A stretch of 64,000 bases of DNA from Lytechinus pictus (taxonomy: Eukaryota), in assembly GCF_037042905.1 (NCBI RefSeq), contig NC_087251.1:46562001-46626000 (forward strand), given 5' to 3'. The notes beneath the pieces were generated by a model, which was not told where the DNA came from, did no database searches, and saw only the letters and a program-made list of their open reading frames with translations. The position numbers and the translations under genes are program-made. Of this stretch, positions 53,060 to 64,000 are shown piece by piece; the stretch's first letter is position 1; each line of letters begins with the position of its first letter.

Positions 53060-53445
53060 GGCAGCGTAACTCAGTCGGTTAGAGCGCATGTTTCGGATAA
53101 GATCGTAGATCTCAACGTGAGGGGTTCGAGTTCCGCTCATGCCGAAACACGCCTAACAAAAAATCTGATGCTATAGCGTTGTGTATTACTAGTATTAGCG
53201 TGCCTCACCACTGTATTCAGTGCAGGTGTGAATGCAGTTGGAAAACACTCCGTCCATCGGAAAGGACGCAAATGTTGATCCCTTGTATAGGAGAGTCACA
53301 ACCTATGCACGTTAAAACCAATACACTATTCGTCAAAGAGTAAACTAGGGTGTTCACCCGCTGTATTGCACCTGCCGGTCCCGGCAAAATTCAGGTCAAT
53401 TCAATCTTGACGTTCATATGCCATAATAATCAATATAAATTGATT
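53060..53445 (+). mobile_element. tRNA-derived SINE with Deu/Nin-type central domain
   Basis: A box TAACTCAGTCGG, B box GGTTCGAGTTC; central CCATCGGAAAGGACG...GCACGTTAAAA...CACTATTCGTCAAAGAGTA...AGGG resembles the DeuSINE domain. Confidence 0.65.
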
Positions 53446-53853
53446 GTGGGCATTAACGGAAAGACAAGACAGCCTGATATATATTTTTGAAAAGTCTGCG
53501 AAGTTTGGGACACCCCATCATACAGTAATACACACTGACACAGGACAGGTGTTGCGTTGCCATTATTGGGTTCCTATTTCCACATCCAATCACTTGTACA
53601 CAAGTGCGCACATGTATACGAATCAAAGGTTCCCAAAACCATGATTTGATTTCATAATCATACCGGTACAGTCCAAACTAAAATATTTATTTTCACATTT
53701 ATCATCCCCCGCCCCAAACAGTTGCTTGCAGCACAGTCACTGCACTGAGCTGCACTAGCAAAGCAGACTGCTCATCACCGCAGCACAGGCACAACTTCGC
53801 TTGCAGAATGTTTACGCATGCGATTTGTACTGAGACTTTGGCTTTGCACTTAC

Positions 53854-53958
53854 TTTTTGTCCATCGTCGTTGTTGTGAAGATATAGAATTACGACGACAA
53901 TCCACGCTACTGCACCCATCAGCAACAGTCGAGATCTCCTCCTAAATAATGCCACCAT
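53854..53958 (-). CDS. GALNT2: GALNT2 coding exon 1 (cytoplasmic tail + type II signal anchor)
   Basis: ATG at 53958 in AAGATGG context; MVALFRRRSRLLLMGAVAWIVVVILYLHNNDDGQK resembles the vertebrate GALNT2 N-terminus (RRRSRxLL + hydrophobic helix); ends at GTAAGT donor, phase 0, 105 nt. Confidence 0.9.
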
Positions 53959-54190
53959 CTTGATATAAATACCTCGAACAATAAAGAAAATTATAGCACT
54001 GATTTTCCTACTTCCGGAGAAGGACTGTCTTGCTAGATTGTTAGCCGGCCACCGTATATGATGATCGGCGCGGCCGGAGCGAGCAGTGCCGGTCCGGCCG
54101 GTCGCGCGCACGAGCTTGCGCTTGCTCTCGAGCTCGAGCGATGCGATAATTGAATAGTCGCGAAGCATCAAAAGGGGCAAAGAGATCCCG
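53950..54190 (-). promoter_or_regulatory. CpG-rich GALNT2 promoter / 5' UTR
   Basis: CpG-dense GC-rich patch 54040-54165 directly upstream of the ATG; ETS site CCGGAAGT (54010-54017, minus); YY1-like CAAGATGGTGGC overlapping the start codon. Confidence 0.65.
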
Positions 54191-56688
54191 GGAAAGAGAT
54201 GCTCACTGATCTCCAGTTCGTGACTCCCTTGCAGGCAGCAGAATTAGAATCTTGAATATTTTTTTTAAAACATTGACATGTAAGCCTGACTAACTTTTAC
54301 TCACTTTGAAAAAAGGGGGTGTGTTATAAAGGGTATAAATGCACTGCCACATTCTCAGAAAAAACACCTAACTGCTCATGATATCAGGCTATATACATCA
54401 GGGGCCGAACCACGGCTGGGATAGGGGGCAGCTAGCCCCCCCCCCCCCAGCACTGCCCCGCGGGGGCACTGCATGATTTTGAAAGTATTGGAAAACAAAC
54501 GGGAGAGAAAAGGGTAGGAAGAAGACTGTAAGAAAGAGAAGTTTGGGCCATTTATAGTCTAATACTCCTGTTATTCAACTGAAAAATGCTTTCAATGCCC
54601 CATTACAAACGGCAATTAATGAAAGTCATGAAAAAACCTGGGTGAATTGAAGGTTTGATAGAGGAGAGGAGTTGGGTTGGGGCAATATTTCACAAAAAAA
54701 AAAAAAAAAAAAAAACAAAGGCCCTTCTTGACCCCTCTCTACTTATCTCCACCTCGGTTGGACTTTCACTTTTGATCGTGATTACCCTTGCAAGACATCA
54801 AAATCAAATGGACTTTCCTTTTAGAGGCATGACTTTTATATGTTGCCCCCATCAGATTCATATCTCTTTCAGCTGTTAACCAATGGGAAATTCCATATTA
54901 TTCTGGAAATGAAAATTTCCCCCATCAATACCTATCCAAACCATCATGATCAATTAGATAAAATATTTCAAATCTTTTTATTGCACTCTTTCTTTCATTT
55001 CTTCAGTAACACTGTCTCTGAACGAGAGGACAATTCCCTGTCGCAAATTATTTTTATGTGGCTTTACAGGTAATTTGCCAATTTGTCTAGTATTGCTTTG
55101 TATATCTTTCTTTTGGTCTCATCCCACATACTCTTTCTGCAACCAGTTCATTTATTCACCATTCTGTCTTGTTTCCATTTAACATATTTTACCATTTTGT
55201 CTAATTTCCTGCTAGGCCATACGTAGCTGTTATAACCCATTTCACCAAATAGAAACTTGGTCTGCAGTCTATTAGTATAGAGGAACTGTTTATGAACCAA
55301 CTTTTCATTTGCCACTGTGAAAATAATAAAGAATACAAAGTGGAAATTAAACCAATGAGGGCATTAGACTGAATGAAAATAAGACTTAGCACATCATACC
55401 TAATGAAGTGTATGCCAAATAGCAATTAGACCAACTGATATTAGACTTATTCTTATATTTTAACTATACAATATACATATAAAGTCACTATGTCTCTCTC
55501 TTTTTCTTTCATACCCCTACTCTTATTTTCTCACTCTATATCTTTCTTTATCTCTCTTTACCCTTGCCTCGATCTTATCCCCCTTTCCCCCCCCCCCTCT
55601 TTCTCTATGTATATACCTCTCTCTCTCTATCTTTCCCTCTCTCTTATACTTTATTTCACCCTCTGCTAACACTCTCTCTCTCTCTGCCTTTTTTCAATCT
55701 TGTTTAGATATGTGGTAAACAGACACTGTCAAATAAAGTAGCATAGCATAAGATAACTCAAAGAGTCATTTCTACAAAATTTTATTTTGCACTTTCTGTA
55801 CACGGTGTACCCATGATTTAAGAAGTAACCATGGAGATACGAGCCTCCCAGCCAGAAGTAGGAACATTTTCCTATAAAAGTCATCAATCGCAAGTTGATA
55901 TAATATATATGTATATCATATAACTTACTGAAATTACTTGCATCTGATTCATCTGATAGACTGGGAGAATGGTTTCCATTAATGTGAAGACAAGGCCCTG
56001 TGTCTGATATGATGTTTACATCAAGCAACTAAGAATGCGACAACTGTGAAGCCCTTTGTTTCTAGTTATTCAGATAACACATTTTTTATTCAATATTAAT
56101 GAATGGTTGCAGAATATGAGTTCCTAGTCCAAGTAACACAAAAGTATGTAATCAATTGCAAATTTCAAACTACTCATGGACTGATAGTGGGTGCATTCAT
56201 AATGTGAATGTAGCAATGATTTTATTTGGCTATTGCCAACTTCTGATTCATTGCAAACATAAAGCCAGCATATATAATTCGATCCATTGCGATCCGATTT
56301 TCTGTTCAATTGTAATAGCATTTGATATGAACATTCCAGCTTATAAAATCATCATTCCAAATAGTCGTAAGAATATCAAAATTGAAATTCCAGTCGACGT
56401 TGTCTAGTTTCTCTTTGGGGATAAAAGCAAATCCAATTCCGAACCGCAATCACGTCATCAACAGCTGTGACTTGAGACCGACTTATAAGTCCATAGAGTA
56501 GGGCATGGGCTCCTATTTGCATATTTAAAATTGCCAATATCTTCAAAGCTAACTTTCATATAGCCTCTTCTACAATGTAGGAGTAATACATTTCTTACAG
56601 CATAAATCTCGAAAACCCTAATAAATCCCACAGATTCAGGAAATTCAGTCTGATTCTACGAACTATGGTCCTTAATCTTGAAATCAGT

Positions 56689-56993
56689 GGCCCGTATTCT
56701 GAAGCCAGGTTTAACTTCGACCATGGTCTAAGTCTGTGCTAAAATTATGGGAAGCCAAAAGTGTCAAAATTTTTATTAAGTTGTATGTTTTTTTATGTTT
56801 ACTGTGCTCTTTCCTGATCGATGGTGTAGACAATCTATTTATACTTCCTACACAATTATGAATGAATTGAGTGCCAAATGAGGTGAAATATTATATCTCT
56901 ACTGTCAGAGATTTATGTAACACTTGGCTATCCATACTAAAACCACAACTTTAGACCCGAGTTTACGTTAAACCCGACTTCAGAATAAGGGTC
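56689..56993. mobile_element. Harbinger-like MITE family D
   Basis: TIR GGCCCGTATTCTGAAG, 3-bp TSD AGT. Confidence 0.85.
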
Positions 56994-57889
56994 AGTGAAT
57001 CCAAACTTATCTGTAAAAAAAGAAGACTTTGGGCCCTGTAACATAATGCTTTGTGATTAATCTTAGAGCTGACTTTTTAGACTGTATAAATATAAATCAG
57101 CCCCTATATCAGTAGCTAAGATGTATGTTCAATTCAATTCAATTCATTTATTTTCTCTTTCAATCTTTTTACATTTACAATGATATGCTATATGATATGT
57201 TATGGGGCCCTGTTGATGCAAAGCTGCCAAACCGAGTAAATAATCATTGATTACTGTTATTGTTTCTTTCATGAAGGAACTGTGTTGGTTTTTTCCTTTT
57301 CTTTATCCTCTTTATACAATGTAGCCATTTCAAAATCAAATACTGCTCTTCCAAGGGGACCTGTCTGTACAGATAAAATACACACATTGACACGTAGTAA
57401 TGACCAGGGAAATGATAGTGCGTGCCATTACGTAACATTCACGACTTCACCTGGAACACTGGTGCATTAATGAGAATGGCAGTGAAAACAACAACAAAAA
57501 TTTAAAGGAAGGGAAAGAAAGGGGGAGAGAGAAGGGGGAGAAGATGGGATAGGATTAGGAGAAGGGGAGAGACAGAAGAAAGGTAGAGGGAATGAGAAAT
57601 GGAAGGGCAAGGGGAGGTAGGGAGGAGAAATAGAGAGAGGAAGGTTAAATGGAATACAGGGATGGGAGGAAACAATGGGAAATCCAAAATAAGACTTCCT
57701 AGTGGGTGCAGAGATTATTATCATTATCAGACTTGATAAATTAGTCAAGTCCTATGGATAGTTGTAGGTAGAAGAGAAGGAGCGTGTGTACCAAACCATT
57801 TTCCTATTATACAAAATATCAAGGTGTCTCTTCTGCCTAGCAAATGATTTCAACAGCTCAACAAACATTTGATTCAGTGTCAAACCTTA

Positions 57890-58577
57890 AGGCGCATTGG
57901 TACAGGTTCTGCTTCATTTTGTCAACTCTTGTTGTTCAAGAGTTTGAACAAATAACTCGTATTGGTGCTGTATTTGTCTTTTCAAATGAATGTTACCCTT
58001 AGGACAAATGCATCAGTCCAACTTCTTTTCCGCCTCATCTGATTCTTGCTGTTCATATGCTTTCAGATACAGCCCATGCTGATGTTGTTCTTTGCCTTTC
58101 AAGTTCCATGTCAGACTAGATGAACTGTATGGTTCAGCCTTTGCTCTGGTATAAGAAGAAACGTGACTCACTAGTCCTTGCCATTCAATACCATGCTATG
58201 TCAAATAGTTCAGCATGGTCAATAATTTAGCTTAAATTCTTCATCATCTCTTTAGACTTGTTACTGTAAAGTGGCTGACAACACATGCCGATCTGTGAAG
58301 TTTTTGTACCACGCCAGATTTCCAAACCCTTTGATCCTTAAGAAGTCTACAGATTCTCAACCGAGGAGTAACAAGACTTGCCGATTACTATTTCCGTACC
58401 ATGTCAGACATTCCAAATTCTTTGATCCTTAAAGAAGCCAACAGACCCATCACAAGAGGGACAAGACTTGCAGATCCTTGTTGTTTCAGTACCAGGTAAA
58501 ACTTCTGAACTCTTTGATCCTTAACAAGTATACAGGCACTTGAACCAAGAACTGCTGATTGTTCTTTCACTGCCATG
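57890..58577 (-). repeat. Degenerate repeats in the ERCC2 3' region derived from the terminal exon and proximal UTR
   Basis: TTTGATCCTTA recurs at 58330, 58421 and 58513 (91-92-bp period); terminal-exon-like copies at ~57914-57970, 58013-58093, 58106-58141 and 58227-58295. Confidence 0.75.
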
Positions 58578-58670
58578 TCAGACTTGATGAACAGTCTGGT
58601 CTAGCTTCTTCTTCATCTCTTCTGATTCTAGTTGTTCAAGAGTGAGTAAAGACATCCCAAGTTGGTCCTC
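58578..58670 (-). CDS. ERCC2: ERCC2/XPD terminal coding exon
   Basis: TTTTCTGTAG acceptor; EDQLGMSLLTLEQLESEEMKKKLDQTVHQV then TGA at 58580-58578; matches the XPD C-terminus EDQLGLSLL. Confidence 0.95.
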   Translation of the reverse strand, partial: EDQLGMSLLTLEQLESEEMKKKLDQTVHQV

Positions 58671-59301
58671 CTACAGAAAAGAAATATCACAAAATACAGT
58701 TTTCATTCAGTCAGTCATGGGTGTTGAAAGAAGTTCAAAAATATCCTGGGAAAGTCCAATGGCTAAAAGAATTAGTGAATTGTTGACTGGTCAAGACCCA
58801 ATGACTTATTTTATTTTTGGTCTCATTTCATATGGTTTAATCCTAGTTCATCTCCAACCGGTTAGTCTAATTACCATTAGGTTTACTTGCCCTTTAGCTC
58901 ATTCATCATTTTGATGAATTTCCAGTCAGGCTATACCCATTTCATTTAATATCCACTTGGTCAACACCGCTTAGTATATACGGTTAGATGAACTGTTTAT
59001 GAATCAAGTTTTCATTTGACAAAAAGCAAAACAATAAGTAAATCGTGGGAAGTGGAAATTAGAACATTTGGGTATACGTCTAAATGAGAATTGGGTTCAA
59101 AGGTTATATAGACAAAGTGTAGAGTAGACCAAACAGCAATTATACCAAATGGGTTTAGCCCATGTGGTAATCAATGCATCCCTTTTCCTTCGGAAGTTCC
59201 CGAGCGCCAACTGAACAGTCCACCCCTACTTGCATTCAACAAAAATCACATTCTTATAACAATGAATTGGTTCGTAGCAGGACCCCTGGTTTATATTCAC
59301 T

Positions 59302-59595
59302 GGCCCGTATTCTGAAGTCGGGTTTAACTTAAACTCAGGTTTAAAGTTGTGGTTTAAGTATGGGAAGCCAAAAGTATCAAAATTTTTATTAAGTTGTACG
59401 TTTCTTACGTTTACTCTGCTCTTTCCCGATTCATCGATGGTGAAAACAATCATCTATTTATACTTCCTAGAGAATTATGAATGATTTAAGAGCCAAATGA
59501 GCTGAAATATGATATCTCTACTGTTAGTGATTTATGTAACAAGTGGCCATCCATACTTAAACCACAACTTTAAACCTGACTTCAGAATACGGGCC
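59302..59595. mobile_element. Harbinger-like MITE family D
   Basis: TIR GGCCCGTATTCTGAAGTC, 3-bp TSD ACT. Confidence 0.9.
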
Positions 59596-59899
59596 ACTGA
59601 GTCTACAGGACGTTGGTCTGCTTCTTAGACAGTCCAATACCACATGAGCCAAGCCCATTTGGTCTACTTTAATTTTGTCTAATTGTTGTTTGGTCTACAC
59701 TACATTTGGTCTATGACCCTCAATCTCCATATAGTGTAACACCCAGATGGTCCAATTTACACTTCATCTGTTAGTTATATTGCACTTTCACAAATGAAAA
59801 TTTGATTGGTAGGCTCAGTAGATATTAGACAAAACTGGTAAGTTGGCTGACTGGATGTCAGACCACATGGTCAGCAGATGGATTGGTCATAGGCACAAT

Positions 59900-60305
59900 G
59901 GCCCGAATTCACAAAGGTGGTTTTGAAAACCCACGGTTGAGTCCATGGTTTATGCAGATTTCCTGTATAAATTACGCTTAATTTAGTGCGGATCTGGCGC
60001 GTGTATAAAGAATTCCAATGCTGATGCGCGCTTTTGTCAGTGCGCCAAATTGACGCCTGTTACCATGGTTAGATACGCTATTGTATTCATGAGTCCACTG
60101 TTTTTATTCATGAGTCCACTCTTCAAACAGTGGACTCATGAATAAAATAGCGTATCTAACCATGGTGACAAAAGCGCGCATCAGCATTGGAATTTTTTAT
60201 ACACGCGCCAGATACGCGCTGAATCAAGCGTAATCTATACAGGAAATCTGCATAAACCATGGACTCAACCGTGGTTTTTCAAAACCACCTTTGTGAATTC
60301 GGGCC
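59900..60305. mobile_element. Nearly fully palindromic Harbinger-like MITE
   Basis: TIR GGCCCGAATTCACAAAGGTGGTTTTGAAAA extending almost to the centre, 3-bp TSD AAT. Confidence 0.9.
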
Positions 60306-60370
60306 AATAGGATTCGACCACGAGGGATGAGACTGCATGGACCAATCAGCAAATTAACCGAACCCCTTAC

Positions 60371-60514
60371 CCTCTTGAAAGGCTGGGCCATTTGACGTAG
60401 GAATCGTTTACTGATTTGCACGGCTTCATCTGTTGATAGATTTAGAACGCTGTCTTTGATGTACTCCTGGATCCATCTGGGCAGCTTCCCCCTCTTATCA
60501 GCTCTTGAGTATCT
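60371..60514 (-). CDS. ERCC2: ERCC2/XPD penultimate coding exon
   Basis: CTACAG acceptor, GTAAG donor, 144 nt phase 0; [48 protein letters not shown]. Confidence 0.96.
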
Positions 60515-61411
60515 CTGTAGGATAGAAAAATAACATCAATCACAATGATGAACTTGTGTGGGGGCGTAAACTGAAGGCTTAGCAATCATTGCAGAACTTT
60601 TTTTTAATGATTGATTGCATTGGCTACAAAGTACAATTAATTGTGAAAATCAAGCGTATGATTAATCGCTAACCTTTGTGTTAAGGGACAACTCTGTCTA
60701 ATATGGGGTATTTCAAGAAAATTGCAATCAATTGCAAGTCAATTTTGGATGGAAATATTGATCAAACATTGACATTTAATTTGAAATGTCCACACGATTG
60801 CCTGTTGCTTCTTACAACAAGGAAAGCTCAAGCTTTGCACTTTCTTACAATGTCACTCTTGATATGTGGCACCTTTTAGATGGGTCAAATTTGCTTGAGT
60901 CATAATTGATTATCATTTGTAAATTAGGATCAGAAATTTGCAATCCATCACAAGTATTGTTTTTGCAACATCCCTTAAATCCAGCATAAATCAGAATGAT
61001 GAATTTGTTAACAGCTAACTCTGTCTAGGTCAGATCTTTTCAAACCGCAGAAATCTGTTTGACCAGGGGGAATCAAAGAGGGAGACATATATAACCAATA
61101 CCTTGTATACTATGGTCTAAAAATGTTGCATTAATTTAGGCAGTTAAATGACACTTCAGCTTTGACAGATTTTAGTAGTCAACCTCGCACGACTCAACGT
61201 CTCATGAGTCAAATTTTGCATTAGGTTAGATAAAAACTTAGTTCCAGAAATTTCCTCCATGCATCATTAATGAACTTGAACTCTGTTGAATCTTGGCCTA
61301 TGTCGAGCCAAAAATTCAGTCCCATTGGTAGGAAATATGTGACAGGGAATCTATAAATCATTGATAGGATTCGGTTGAGATTTGTTTTAAATGCTGGCAG
61401 TTTCAACTTGA

Positions 61412-61548
61412 GCAAAATAATACAGCCCCAAGAATAAAATCAAGACTGCCCTGGGTAGGTTCTGGGGTAGAGCATAATTTGTGCAAAATACAGCCCCAAG
61501 AAAAAAAATCAAAACTGCCCTGGGCAGGTTCTGGGTTATAGCATAATC
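61412..61548. repeat. Tandem duplication, ~70-bp unit x2
   Basis: GCAAAAT..ACAGCCCCAAGAA...ACTGCCCTGGG.AGGTTCTGGG...AGCATAAT twice. Confidence 0.8.
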
Positions 61549-61814
61549 CGACCGCTCTATAAATAGTTGAAAAGACAGGAAGTAGCGTTCTGAAGTCTCT
61601 GCTGACCTTTGTTTATTGTTGATGTACATGTACAGGATGTCACTACAGAACAAAAGGAAATACTACAATGAACCCAAACTGAAATGATGTCTATATAAGG
61701 TTTCTACAGACCATGTTTTATAAAATTGTGTTTGTTTTTTTTCTTCTATAGCATGTGTTACCATTTTCCACATATTTTTATAGGTTTTGTAACAAAACAG
61801 AACATTGATATTAA

Positions 61815-62367
61815 AAGAAAAGTCCACCCCAACAAAAAGTTGATTTGAATAAATAGAAAAATCCAACAAGCATAACACTCCAAATTTCATCAAAATCAGG
61901 TGTAAAATAAGAAAGTTAATGGCATTTGCATTAAATTTTTGCTTAGTTTCATAAACCAATTATATGCACATCCTGGTCAGTATGCAACTGAGGGGATTGA
62001 TGACATCACCCACTCACTATTTCTTTTGTAAATCATTATTTGAATTATGAAATATTTTAATTTTCTCCCCATTGTCACATGAAATAATGTTTCATTCTAC
62101 CCTCAACATTTGGAATTAGGCCTACCATTGATTTAGGTGGTGTTGTATAAATAATAAAAAACAAAAGAAATAGTGACTGAGGGACATCATTGACTTTCTC
62201 ACTTGCATATCCCTGAGTTGTGCATATAACTGTTTTGTGAAAAAGGCAAAGCTTTAAAATGTTATGACTTTCTTATTATACATCCAATTGTTATAAAATT
62301 GTCAGAGTACTTGTTTGATTTTTCTCTTTCGATTCAAATCAACATTTTCTTGGGGTGGACTTGACCT
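61815..62367. mobile_element. Kolobok-like MITE family A (opposite orientation)
   Basis: TTAA-AAGAAAAGTCCACCCC...GGGGTGGACTTGACCT-TTAA. Confidence 0.82.
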
Positions 62368-63393
62368 TTAATAATGATAAACAGTTCTTGTATAGCGCAT
62401 ATCTCAATATGGCATAAGTAATAACGTCACTATGTGCTTCCAAAGAACATTAAGTGGAAGAATCAAAACATCAATTGATGTATTTGTAAGATGTTTATGC
62501 TTGCATTTTGTGTATAGGACCCATTTGATGTTTCTTAATGTTTCAATTTGTTATTTGAACAGGTACCCATGGCAGCCGTAAAAGTTTACAAACTCTCTAT
62601 CAAGAATACTCTCATTGGTGGATTCTGCCTTAGAAATTTGGTTCCATTTGTCATAAAACTTAACATTGATAATAATTATGCAAAATAATAGTAACTACCA
62701 TGGTAACATTGCTCTACAGCCAATCAAAATCAAGGTTTCCATGGGAATTACCATTGTAAAAAAAAGTAAAGTAACTTTTTTTCAATTCAATTCATTTGCA
62801 TTTATTTCATTCTCATTTCTAAACTTATCAAAATACACAAAAAAATCAGAAACAAAGATTTTAATAATGTGTAATTTTATATACCGGAATGTGCAATACT
62901 CTCTCAATGGTTTTCTATGAGGGGTTGCATGCCTCTGGGCAATAGTATTGAATTTTACTTTTGCGAGCCCTGGCCCATGGAAAAAACATTTTCTTACTCT
63001 TTTCTTCTTTGCTTTCATTTCTACTTTTCATATTTAATTATTCAATTTCAAATTGTATTTTTGTATTTACATTGTACAAATTTTGTATGTTTTTTATGGC
63101 CAAATAAATAATAATAATAATGAGAAAGAATCAGGGAACTAAATAAACAAAGCTATAAGCCCTTGTACAAGGCTTGTGGGTCAACAGCTTTTTACGCAAG
63201 TGAACAAAAAAAATAATTAACATAATTCAATCAATCTCAATCGTGTACACGAATAGAAATTAATCATTTTATCTTTAAGTGTGATCCAAGGAAACCTGTT
63301 GTGTTTAAATGAGTTTTGTAATCACTTCAAAATAGAAACAGTCATTAATGTATGGTGTGGGGTATACAGTTGTCAACCAATTACTCAGGATTA

Positions 63394-63597
<204 letters not shown>

Positions 63598-64000
63598 TCA
63601 TTCTTGAAAAAGAATATATGCACATGTTATTTCCTGCTAATGAGTTGGATAAAGCTATTCATAAACTTTACATAATATATTTATTTAAATGTCTTTTAGG
63701 GAATAGGTTAGTTTGTATTAAACAAATTTCAGATTCTTACATGCCTCCAAAGCAGTGTGATATTTGAGGGAACTTTTACCCATACATCCGTACAGGCCTT
63801 TCCCTCATTTCTCACATTTAATTTCTTATTTACGATATCGCTATACGTTACGCATAGTATAATGAAAATAACTTGACTTGTGACCCTTTCTTGGGCTAAA
63901 TGATACATCCCTATGTAGCTGACTCCTCACCTGAGAACATAATCTAATCAGGTGTAAAGTAAAGTCATGCGTAACTTTACAAATAACTTTATGAAACACC

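Noticed and set aside
53959-54180. In-frame N-terminal extension of GALNT2 from an upstream TTG/ATG
   Set aside because: Runs through the GC-rich promoter where stops are rare; the ATG at 53958 has strong context and matches the GALNT2 N-terminus and topology.
58388-58576. 62-aa ORF starting just after the ERCC2 stop (TGACATG)
   Set aside because: Composed of the 91-bp UTR repeats with no recognisable protein features; not called as a CDS without translation evidence.
63920-63960. CTCAG/GTGAG donor-like site as the preceding ERCC2 exon
   Set aside because: Translates HLIRLCSQ rather than the expected DAMRHAAQ; the true exon must lie beyond 64000.

Overview
Eukaryotic, AT-rich (roughly 35% GC by eye), intron-rich animal DNA. 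The repeat landscape (Deu-domain-type SINE, TU-like foldback element, dense MITEs) suggests an invertebrate deuterostome, most likely a sea urchin (inference). Two spliced genes lie head-to-tail on the minus strand. (1) The 5' half of a polypeptide GalNAc-transferase orthologous to GALNT2 has six coding exons: 53958-53854, 48216-47975, 31078-30980, 29674-29607, 8404-8339 and 6593-6472. All junctions are GT-AG and phase-consistent, and the gene continues beyond position 1. (2) The last three coding exons of the TFIIH helicase ERCC2/XPD lie at 63552-63493, 60514-60371 and 58670-58578. Almost all other ORF-track entries are non-coding noise. Introns are packed with non-autonomous DNA transposons (Kolobok-like TTAA, Harbinger-like 3-bp TSD, hAT-like, CACTA-like), SINE and LINE remnants, and multi-layer nests. 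The most unusual signals are: a 2.75-kb foldback element with ~950-bp arms and a 7-bp TSD; tiny CAT...ATG palindromes flanked by 7-bp duplications that look like P-superfamily excision footprints; ~38 copies of TACATGTA (about 2 expected), nearly all inside the GALNT2 gene body; hAT-like elements with 6- and 5-bp TSDs; a Penelope-type minimal hammerhead ribozyme relic on the GALNT2 sense strand; and an ERCC2 3' region built from decayed copies of its own terminal coding exon. No prokaryotic-type system (CRISPR etc.) is present.
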